From assembly GCA_963766735.1 (NCBI GenBank), contig CAVYBU010000030.1, forward strand, positions 246,707-310,706: a DNA stretch of 64,000 nucleotides. The letters run 5' to 3'. How positions within the stretch are numbered: the first letter of the stretch is position 1; each line of letters starts with the position of its first letter. The stretch is from an uncultured Chloroflexia bacterium. Lineage in GTDB: Bacteria; Chloroflexota; Limnocylindria; Limnocylindrales; CSP1-4. This document shows positions 19,818 through 27,547 of this stretch, one piece after another. Made by a program: the position numbers and the translations under genes. The notes below the pieces were generated by a model. The model did no database searches. It was not told where the DNA came from and worked only from the letters and a program-made list of their open reading frames with translations.

Positions 19818-21731
19818 GTGACCCAATCGCACATCACCTTTCTCCCCGACGACCGCTCCGCGGATGTCGGGGAGGGGGAGTCCCTGCTCGACGCGGCGAT
19901 AGCCGCAGACGTCCCGCTGGCCGGCGTCTGCGGCGGACGGGCGATCTGCCAGCGTTGCTGGGTCGTGGTCACGGACGGGGAGGTCGTCGCCCCGCCGGAG
20001 GCGCGCGGCTCCGACGGCGAGATCCTCGCCTGCCTCGCGCGGGCGGTGGGGGACGTGACGCTTCGGGTTCCGGAGTCCTCGCGCATCGAAGGCGAGGAGA
20101 TCCTCACCGGTCTCGAGCGCCCCGGCGAGCTGCCCGCCGCCGAGGACCGGGTCGCCCACGGGCTGCCCCGAGCGTCCGAGCTGTTCGTGTCGAGCCCGCT
20201 GGCCTTTGCCCTGCCGCTCGACCTCCCCCGGCCAACGCTCCTCGACCCGGTCAGCGACCTGGGCCGCCTGGAGCGCGAGCTGCAGCGGGAGCGCAACATC
20301 CGGAACCTCGCCGTGCCCCTTGATGTCCTGCGCGCGGCGCCCGGGGTGCTTCGGGAGGCCGACTGGGGAGTGACAGCGGTCCTCGCCCGCTCGCCCGGGG
20401 GCTATGAGCTGCTGGATCTCCGCCCGGGAACGGACGCGACGCGGGCCTTCGGCCTTGCGGTGGACATCGGGACGACCACCGTCGTCGTCCACCTCGTGGA
20501 CCTGGGGAGCGGGGCAACCCTCGGCGCGGCTGCGGCGCTCAATCGCCAGGTTGCATATGGCGACGACGTGATCACCCGGATCATCCGGGCTGGGGAGCCC
20601 GGCGGGCTCGAGCAGCTGCGGGGGGCCGTGGTCGGCGAGCTCAACGTGCTGGTCGGGAGGCTGGCGCACACCCATGACGTCAGCGGCGACGAGATGGTCA
20701 CCGCAGTGATCTCCGGCAACACGACGATGGCCCACCTGTTCCTTGGCCTGGCACCCGATGAGATCCGGCGCTCGCCGTATATCCCGGTGGCCACGCTGCC
20801 GCCGGCCCAGCACGCCGGGGCACTCGGGCTGCGGATCCACCCACGCGCGACGGTGACGATGATGCCCGGTGTGGCCAGCTACGTGGGCGGGGACATCGTC
20901 GCCGACGTGCTCGCCTCCGGGATGGACACGACCGGCGAGCTGTCGATGCTGATCGACGCCGGGACGAACGGCGAGACGGTCATCGGCAACCGGGACTTCC
21001 TGATCTGCTGTGCCTGCTCCGCGGGTCCTGCCTTCGAGGGTGGCGGCATCTCGTCGGGGATGCGCGCGGCCCGGGGCGCGATCCAGCGGGTCGAGGTGAC
21101 CGAGGACGGTGCGCTCGCCTTCGAGACGATCGGCGGGACACCGCCGCGAGGCATCTGCGGCTCCGGACTGGTCGACCTCCTGGCGGCCATGCTCCGCGCC
21201 GGGTGGGTCGACCGGTCGGCCCGTCTGCGGGCGGACGCGCCCCTCGTCCGCACGGGCCCGTCCGGGCTCGAGCTCGTCATCGTGCCGGCCGAGGCGACCG
21301 CGATCGGGCGGGACATCACGATCAACAATGCCGACCTCGAGAACCTGCTGCGCTCCAAGGCGGCTGTCTACGCCGGGGCCGCGCTCCTCGCCCGACGCCT
21401 CGGCGTCGAGATGACCGATCTCGAGCGGGTCTACGTGGCCGGCGGCTTTGGCACCTATCTCGACATCCGCAACGCGATCCAGATCGGGCTCCTGCCCGAC
21501 GTGCCGATCGAGCGGGTCACCTTCATCGGCAACGGCTCCGTGATCGGCGCCAAGATGGCACTGCTCTCCTACGAGGCGCTGCGCCGGGCCGGCGACGTGG
21601 CTGCCCGGATGACCTACCGTGAACTCAGCGTCGATGAGGCCTTTATGGATGAGTACGTCTCTGCCATGTTCCTTCCCCACACCGATTGCGGCCGGTTCCC
21701 CCGGGCCTGTGCCGCACTCGGGGCATCCTGA
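19818..21731 (+). CDS. acsV: Reductive activator of corrinoid protein (2Fe-2S plus ASKHA ATPase, RACo)
   Basis: CGGRAICQRC..LAC ferredoxin, DIGTTT, D.GTNGE, AGPAFEG, GICGSG. GTG 19818 follows gaagga. Confidence 0.93.
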   Translation: MTQSHITFLPDDRSADVGEGESLLDAAIAADVPLAGVCGGRAICQRCWVVVTDGEVVAPPEARGSDGEILACLARAVGDVTLRVPESSRIEGEEILTGLERPGELPAAEDRVAHGLPRASELFVSSPLAFALPLDLPRPTLLDPVSDLGRLERELQRERNIRNLAVPLDVLRAAPGVLREADWGVTAVLARSPGGYELLDLRPGTDATRAFGLAVDIGTTTVVVHLVDLGSGATLGAAAALNRQVAYGDDVITRIIRAGEPGGLEQLRGAVVGELNVLVGRLAHTHDVSGDEMVTAVISGNTTMAHLFLGLAPDEIRRSPYIPVATLPPAQHAGALGLRIHPRATVTMMPGVASYVGGDIVADVLASGMDTTGELSMLIDAGTNGETVIGNRDFLICCACSAGPAFEGGGISSGMRAARGAIQRVEVTEDGALAFETIGGTPPRGICGSGLVDLLAAMLRAGWVDRSARLRADAPLVRTGPSGLELVIVPAEATAIGRDITINNADLENLLRSKAAVYAGAALLARRLGVEMTDLERVYVAGGFGTYLDIRNAIQIGLLPDVPIERVTFIGNGSVIGAKMALLSYEALRRAGDVAARMTYRELSVDEAFMDEYVSAMFLPHTDCGRFPRACAALGAS

Positions 21732-21740
21732 GGTGGCGTC

Positions 21741-22505
21741 ATGGCCCAGGTGATCGCGCTCGCCGGCAAGGGCGGTACGGGAAAGACGACCGTGGCGGGG
21801 CTGGTCGTCCGCTCCCTTCGGGCCGCGACCCGGACCCCGATCCTGGCGGTTGACGCCGACCCGAACGCCTGCTTCGACGCTGCCCTCGGGCTGTACCCGG
21901 AACGGACGATGTCGGACGTCCTCCACGCCAGCAAGGGCCTGCGCGGGGTGCCCGAGACGATGCCCAAGGCGACGTACCTCGAGCTCGAGCTGCAGGACTG
22001 CCTGGCCGAGGGCCGGGGCATGGACCTGATCGAGATGGGCCGTCCGGAGGGAGCCGCCTGCTATTGCTCGGCGAACCACCTCCTGCGCAACTACATGGAC
22101 CAGCTGATGGGCGCCTACCGGTCGGTCGTCGTCGACAACGAGGCCGGCATGGAGCACCTCAGCCGGCGGACCACCCGGGACGTGGATCTCCTTCTCATCG
22201 TCAGCGACGCCACCGGGGTCGGAATCCGATCGGCGCAGCGGATCCGGGACCTCATCGCGGAGCTCGCCCTCCCGGTGCGCCGGGTGGCGCTGGTGGTCAA
22301 CAGGGCCTCCGAGCTTCCGCCGACGGTCGAGACGGCGATCGCGGCGGAGGGGCTCGAGCTTGCCGGCCTCGTGCCCGACGACCCATCTGTCGCGGAGTTC
22401 GAGCTTGCCGGACGCCCCCTGCTCGAGCTCCCCGATGAGGCGCCGGCGGTCCTTGCGGTGGACCGGATGCTGACGGCGTTCGCCGTCGCGGGAGGACGCG
22501 GGTGA
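21741..22505 (+). CDS. acsF: Second CooC/AcsF Ni-insertion ATPase (probably ACS maturation)
   Basis: GKGGTGKT, MGRPEG..CYC, DNEAGMEHLSRRTT. Confidence 0.88.
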   Translation: MAQVIALAGKGGTGKTTVAGLVVRSLRAATRTPILAVDADPNACFDAALGLYPERTMSDVLHASKGLRGVPETMPKATYLELELQDCLAEGRGMDLIEMGRPEGAACYCSANHLLRNYMDQLMGAYRSVVVDNEAGMEHLSRRTTRDVDLLLIVSDATGVGIRSAQRIRDLIAELALPVRRVALVVNRASELPPTVETAIAAEGLELAGLVPDDPSVAEFELAGRPLLELPDEAPAVLAVDRMLTAFAVAGGRG

Positions 22506-23128
22506 GCACGTACCACGTGGCCTACGACGGGCTCCGCGCCCGGCTGGGCAGCATGGACATGGCTGGGATCGTGGAGCGCAGCGGCGCGCAGGCGCTCGGG
22601 CCGGACCGGATCGGGCTGCGATGCCTTGGCCAGGAGTACGTGATCAAGTATCCCGACGGGCTGGTGCTGGAGGCCGATGGCCAACCGGCACCCGAGACGG
22701 ACGCGATCCTGCTCCTTCTCTACCTCACTGAGTCGACTGGCCGGGCCCACGACGGGGAGTGGGTTGCCTTTGAACAGCTTCCCGGTGGTGCGGGCTACTC
22801 CGCCTCCTTCCGGGGCCGCGTCGTGTTCCCGCTCGTGCGTGCCTTCGGGTCGCGCCCGCAGGCGCTCCTGGAGGCGGCCGTGAGCCTCGACGGGGAGCCA
22901 ATCCAGCTCGGGGGCGTATCGGTTCGTCTCCCGGCCCTGCCCCGCGTGCCGCTCGCGTACATCGTCTGGGGTGGCGACGAGGAGTTCCCGGCAACCGCAA
23001 ACGTCGTGTTCGACGCCTCGGTCGAGGGCTATCTCGATGCCGAGGCGGTCACCGTCCTGGCCGAGCTTGCAACGCGCCGGCTGGCCGGGGCTGCCAACAA
23101 GTCATCCGAACAAGGAGGAACCAAGTGA
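22502..23128 (+). CDS. DUF3786 family protein
   Basis: ILLLLYL, W..FEQLPGG..Y..F, LPRVP....W..DEEFPA...FD; family commonly found in corrinoid/acs loci. Confidence 0.85.
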   Translation: MSTYHVAYDGLRARLGSMDMAGIVERSGAQALGPDRIGLRCLGQEYVIKYPDGLVLEADGQPAPETDAILLLLYLTESTGRAHDGEWVAFEQLPGGAGYSASFRGRVVFPLVRAFGSRPQALLEAAVSLDGEPIQLGGVSVRLPALPRVPLAYIVWGGDEEFPATANVVFDASVEGYLDAEAVTVLAELATRRLAGAANKSSEQGGTK

Positions 23129-24111
23129 CGGTCGAGTTGATGCGCGAGACCTGGCCCGGGAGGATCATGACCGTCACCATCGGCGCAACGAGCGCCGACG
23201 GCGGGACACGGAGCTCAACGGTCACGATCGGTGGCCACGGGGCCCTGCCATTCATGACCGGCGACGCGCCGAGCCCTTACCCCCCGCTCGTCGCGCTCGA
23301 GGTGCTCGACGCGGTGCCGGAGGACTGGCCTGAGCACCTTCGGGCGTCGCTCGCCGACGTCATCGATTCCCCGGCAGCCTGGGCTCGCAAAGGCGTCGAG
23401 GAGCTGGGCGCCGACCTGATCTGCCTGCGACTCATCTCGACGCACCCCGAAGAGCGGGGCGCGAGTCCCGAGGAGGCCGCCCGAACCGTCCGGGCCGTGC
23501 TCGACGCGGTCTCGGTGCCGCTGATCATCCTCGGCTGCGGCGACCCCGACGCCGACAACGAGCTCTGGCCGCGGATCGCCCAGGAGGCTCGGGGCGAGCG
23601 CTGCCTGATGGGGATCGCGGTCCCGGAGAACTACAAGACTCTGGTCGTCGCCTGCCTGGCCGATGGGCATGCCCTCCTGGCCGAAGGACCGATCGACGTC
23701 AACATCCAGAAGCAGCTCTCGATCCTGGTCAGCGAGATGGGTCTGCCGGCCGACCGGATCGTGCTCCACCCGGGGACGGCCTCGCTCGGCTACGGCCTCG
23801 AGTACGAGTACTCGATCATGGAGCGGATCCGACTTGCCGGGCTCCAGGGCGACAAGATGCTCTCGCAGCCGGTGGTAGCCATCGTTGGTGAGGACGCCTG
23901 GAAGGCGAAAGAGGCACGTCTGCCCGAGGCGGACATGCCGGCCTGGGGATCGGCGGCCCGTCGCGGTCCTGCCTGGGAGGCGACCACGGCCACCACATAC
24001 CTGCAGGCGGGGGCGGACATCGTCGTCCTGCTCCATCCCGACGCCCTCGCGTCGGTGAAGCGGACCATCAGCGAGCTGACAGCGCGCCCGGCCGGCGCGA
24101 CAGAGGAGTAG
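23125..24111 (+). CDS. acsD: Corrinoid iron-sulfur protein small subunit
   Basis: TIGG..ALPF, PIDVN..KQL, LGYGLEY.YSIMERIRLAGL.GD.ML, RG..WE, GADI....HP. Confidence 0.94.
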   Translation: MTVELMRETWPGRIMTVTIGATSADGGTRSSTVTIGGHGALPFMTGDAPSPYPPLVALEVLDAVPEDWPEHLRASLADVIDSPAAWARKGVEELGADLICLRLISTHPEERGASPEEAARTVRAVLDAVSVPLIILGCGDPDADNELWPRIAQEARGERCLMGIAVPENYKTLVVACLADGHALLAEGPIDVNIQKQLSILVSEMGLPADRIVLHPGTASLGYGLEYEYSIMERIRLAGLQGDKMLSQPVVAIVGEDAWKAKEARLPEADMPAWGSAARRGPAWEATTATTYLQAGADIVVLLHPDALASVKRTISELTARPAGATEE

Positions 24112-24113
24112 TC

Positions 24114-24902
24114 ATGTTCATCATCGGCGAACGCATCAACGGGATGTTCCGCTCGGTCGCACGGGCGATCGCCGAGCGCGACGAGGCCGCCATCAAGGAC
24201 CTGGCCCGACGCCAGGTGGAAGCCGGCGCCCATGCGCTGGACGTCAACACCGGGCCGACGGAGGGCGACCCGGTCGAGGTGATGCGCTGGCTGGTCGAGA
24301 CCATCCAGTCGGTCGTTGACGTGCCGCTGTCGATCGACAGCGCGAAGATCCCGGTCATCGAGGCCGGGCTCGTTGCCGCCCGCCATCCCGCGATCATCAA
24401 CTCCACGACCGGGGCCCAGGCCAAGCTCGACACCCTGCTGCCACTGGCGGCCGCCTACAACGCCAGCCTCATCGGCCTGACGATCGACGAGCGCGGGATC
24501 CCCCGCAACGCGGAGGCCCGGACGGAGATCGCCCTCACGATCGTGGCCCGCGCCCTCGAGGCCGGAATCGAGCCCAGCCGGCTCTACCTGGACCCGATCG
24601 TGCTGCCGGTGAGCGCTGCCCAGGACCAGTGTGCGGCGGCGCTCAAGGCGATCCCGGACTTCAAGTCCCTGTGCGATCCGGCCCCGAAGATCGCGATCGG
24701 CCTCTCCAACGTGTCCCAGGGGACGGCCAACCGGAGCCTGGTCAACCGGACCTACCTGGTCATGGCCATGGCCGCCGGGATCGACGGCGCCATCCTCGAC
24801 CCCTTCGACCAGGAGCTGATGGATGGGTTGCGGACGGCGAGCATCCTGCTCAACCAGGACATCTTCGCCGAGAACTACCTCGGGTCCAAACCCGTAGCCT
24901 GA
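24114..24902 (+). CDS. acsE: Methyl-THF:corrinoid iron-sulfur protein methyltransferase
   Basis: MFIIGERINGMF, LDVN.GP, SIDS, INST, GLSNVSQ pterin-binding barrel. Confidence 0.94.
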   Translation: MFIIGERINGMFRSVARAIAERDEAAIKDLARRQVEAGAHALDVNTGPTEGDPVEVMRWLVETIQSVVDVPLSIDSAKIPVIEAGLVAARHPAIINSTTGAQAKLDTLLPLAAAYNASLIGLTIDERGIPRNAEARTEIALTIVARALEAGIEPSRLYLDPIVLPVSAAQDQCAAALKAIPDFKSLCDPAPKIAIGLSNVSQGTANRSLVNRTYLVMAMAAGIDGAILDPFDQELMDGLRTASILLNQDIFAENYLGSKPVA

Positions 24903-24920
24903 ACCAGAAAGGAACCGGCG

Positions 24921-25385
24921 GTGGCATTCGCGCTCGGGCGAACGGCAGACGAACTGACCGTCGGCGATCGCGCCTCGGTCAGCAAGCTCGTCTCGGAAAC
25001 CGACATCCACCTGTATGTCGGCATGACGGGCGACCTCAATCCGCTCTACACGGACGAGAGCTACGCGGCCACCCAGCGCTACCACGGACGCGTCGCTCCC
25101 GGAGCCCTGACCGCAGGTCTGGTGGTCGCGGTGATCAGCACGCGGCTTCCGGGCGCGGGCAGCATCCTCGAGCGCGAGGACCTGCGTTTCACCGCGCCTG
25201 TGCGGCCGGGGGACACCATCACGGCCTTCGCGGAGGTCATCGAGGTGATGGCCCCGCGCGGGCGAGTCCGGATGAGCACCGTGTGCAAGAACCAGGACGG
25301 GGTCGTCGTGCTCGAGGGCGAGGTCGTCGTCCTGCCTCCGGCACCGACGGGACCTGCCCCGGCCGGGTCGCGCGACCCGGCCTGA
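24921..25385 (+). CDS. MaoC/PhaJ-like hot-dog fold protein
   Basis: TGDLNPLY, GRVAPGAL, LPG.G, LRFTAPVRPGDTI. RBS aaagga lies in the 18-nt gap after acsE. Confidence 0.85.
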   Translation: MAFALGRTADELTVGDRASVSKLVSETDIHLYVGMTGDLNPLYTDESYAATQRYHGRVAPGALTAGLVVAVISTRLPGAGSILEREDLRFTAPVRPGDTITAFAEVIEVMAPRGRVRMSTVCKNQDGVVVLEGEVVVLPPAPTGPAPAGSRDPA

Positions 25386-25595
25386 CCGGGTCGCGAGGCG
25401 CACACAAGCCAGGCGGGCCGCGGGTCCCGGCGGGTGCCCGTGTCCGCAGGGGCCGGCGTGTCCGCAGGGGCCTGTGCCAGCAGGGACCTGTGCCAGGCCG
25501 TGGCATCGCGCGCCCCTGACTGGTACCCAGGGGGGATGGCGACCGGACCATTGCCCCCGGGATCTCGAGACGCGACCCGCGTAGCGTGTTGCTCG

Positions 25596-26597
25596 ATGGT
25601 CCTGATAGGAGCTCTCCCGTCGCGGCTGCTCGCGCTGATCGCCGGGCCGCGCCGCCTGACCGCCACGGTGGCGCTGGCATTCGCCGTCACCGCCGTCGGC
25701 CTGTTCGCCGTCCCATCGCACGCGCTGGCCTGGAACGAGGGCACCTTCAGCGGCGGATCAGAGTCTCAGCTGATATCGCTGCAGAACCAGGCCCGAGCCT
25801 CGGCCGGCCTGAAATCCCTCAAGGCCTCTGCGGACCTGCGTACGATCGCGCGCTGGCGCAGCAAGGACATGGCGGAGCGGAACTACTTCTCGCACACCAT
25901 CAAGGGCACCAGCCGCAAGGTGTTCTGGTACATGCAGAACAAGTACAACTACTGCTACAAGCTCGCCGGCGAGAACATCGGGACGCTGACCTGGGAGGGC
26001 GCCAGCGAGGAGGACGCCACCAACTGGATCTTCGAGCAGTTCATGAACTCGTCCGGGCATCGGGCGAACATCCTGGGCAAAGCCTGGGACGTGGTGGCGG
26101 TGGGCGCCTACAAGACCAGCGGCAACAAGTTCCTGTGGACTGCGCTCTTCGTCGACTCGTGCTCCTCGGCGCCCAAGGCGACCCCGAAGCCAACGCCGAA
26201 GCCAACGCCCAAGGCGACCCCGAAGCCAACGCCGAAGCCAACGCCCAAGGCGACCCCGAAGCCAACGCCGAAGCCAACGCCGAAGCCCAGGCCCAAGGCG
26301 ACTCCGAAACCGACCCCGAAGGCGACGCCCAGGCCCACGCCGACGGCGACTCCGGAGTCTGCCGCCACCCCGACCGCGGAGCCCACTGTGGCGCCGGTCC
26401 GATCACCAAAGGCCCCGCCGGAGCCGACCGCGACCCCGCGACGCACCGGCGAGCCGCCCGCCCGGCCCGAGACGAGCGGAGGTCGCGGCACTGGGCCCGT
26501 TCCGCACCTCCAGCTCCGGATCGTGGACGAGCCGGTTCACCAGGGCCTGGTGGAGTCGGTCCTGGGTACGGTCACGGCGCCGTTCTTCGGCTGGTGA
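25596..26597 (+). CDS. Secreted CAP/SCP-domain protein with Pro/Lys/Thr-rich tail
   Basis: Signal peptide, N..R...[26 protein letters not shown]. Confidence 0.85.
   Translation: MVLIGALPSRLLALIAGPRRLTATVALAFAVTAVGLFAVPSHALAWNEGTFSGGSESQLISLQNQARASAGLKSLKASADLRTIARWRSKDMAERNYFSHTIKGTSRKVFWYMQNKYNYCYKLAGENIGTLTWEGASEEDATNWIFEQFMNSSGHRANILGKAWDVVAVGAYKTSGNKFLWTALFVDSCSSAPKATPKPTPKPTPKATPKPTPKPTPKATPKPTPKPTPKPRPKATPKPTPKATPRPTPTATPESAATPTAEPTVAPVRSPKAPPEPTATPRRTGEPPARPETSGGRGTGPVPHLQLRIVDEPVHQGLVESVLGTVTAPFFGW
26172..26279 (+). repeat. Three tandem 36-bp repeats ([12 protein letters not shown]), followed by degenerate copies
   Basis: cccaaggcgaccccgaagccaacgccgaagccaacg x3. Confidence 0.85.
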
Positions 26598-26726
26598 GGG
26601 TCCGGTCAGGAGCGTCCCGCGCATAGTCCCGGTGCCGATGCGTGGCAGGACCATCGAGCGGTGGACCTCACCCCACCGCACCGATATGGTACGGACCGCA
26701 CGCACCGCACCGGAGCCACCTTCCAC

Positions 26727-27539
26727 ATGACCTCGCCGCTGCCCGAGACGCCCGCCGCCCCCGCCGACCGGCCGGAGCAGGCGGCTTCCGCGCCGATCCT
26801 CGAGGGTCGCGCCCTGACGAAGCAGTACCGGATGCCGGGTGAGACCGTCGAAGCCGTGCGCGGCGTCAGCCTCCAGGTGATGGAGGGCGAGTTCGTGGCC
26901 CTGATGGGCCCGTCGGGCTCCGGCAAGAGCACGCTCCTTCAGCTGCTCGGCGGCCTGGACCAGCCCACCAGCGGCGACGTACTCCTCGAGGGCGTGTCAA
27001 TCGGCCGACTCTCGGACGAGCAGGCGACCCGTCTTCGGCGGGAGCGCACCGGTTTCGTCTTCCAGTCGTTCAACCTCGTGCCGCTGCTCAACGTGGTGGA
27101 GAACGTGGGGCTGCCGTTCACCATCGCCGGTCAGGATCCGAGGAGCGGCGAGGTGGCCGCCCGGATCCAGGAAGCGATCGCCGGGGTGGACCTGACCGGC
27201 AAGGAGCGTCACAAGCCTGATCAGCTCTCCGCCGGGGAGCAGCAGCGAGTTGCGGTTGCCCGCGCCATCGTCACGCGGCCTGCGCTGCTGTTCGCTGACG
27301 AGCCGACCGGGAACCTGGACTTCAGGACCGGCCTGGACATCCTCGAAGCGCTCTGGCGCACCTGCGTGGACCGCGGCCAGACGATCGTGCTGGTGACCCA
27401 CGATGCGAAGACGGCTGCCTATGCAGACCGGGTGCTGGTCATCGGCGACGGGCGGGTCCTGGACGAGATCCGCCTCGGCAGGCGCGACGACCACGCCGCA
27501 GGCCCGCTGATCTCGCGGCTCGCCCAGCTCGGGCTGTAG
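26727..27539 (+). CDS. ABC transporter ATP-binding protein (LolD/MacB-type)
   Basis: GPSGSGKS, LSAGEQQRVA, ADEPTGNLD, VTHD. Confidence 0.92.
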   Translation: MTSPLPETPAAPADRPEQAASAPILEGRALTKQYRMPGETVEAVRGVSLQVMEGEFVALMGPSGSGKSTLLQLLGGLDQPTSGDVLLEGVSIGRLSDEQATRLRRERTGFVFQSFNLVPLLNVVENVGLPFTIAGQDPRSGEVAARIQEAIAGVDLTGKERHKPDQLSAGEQQRVAVARAIVTRPALLFADEPTGNLDFRTGLDILEALWRTCVDRGQTIVLVTHDAKTAAYADRVLVIGDGRVLDEIRLGRRDDHAAGPLISRLAQLGL

Positions 27540-27547
27540 CCGGCGCC

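Noticed and set aside
13166-25596. acs operon as a mobile genomic island
   Set aside because: No integrase, transposase, tRNA or flanking direct repeats seen, and composition looks like the surroundings by eye.
14093-25721. Long antisense ORFs over the acs genes (and similarly over lhr, cphA and the S8 gene)
   Set aside because: Expected shadow frames in very GC-rich coding DNA; no recognisable motifs.
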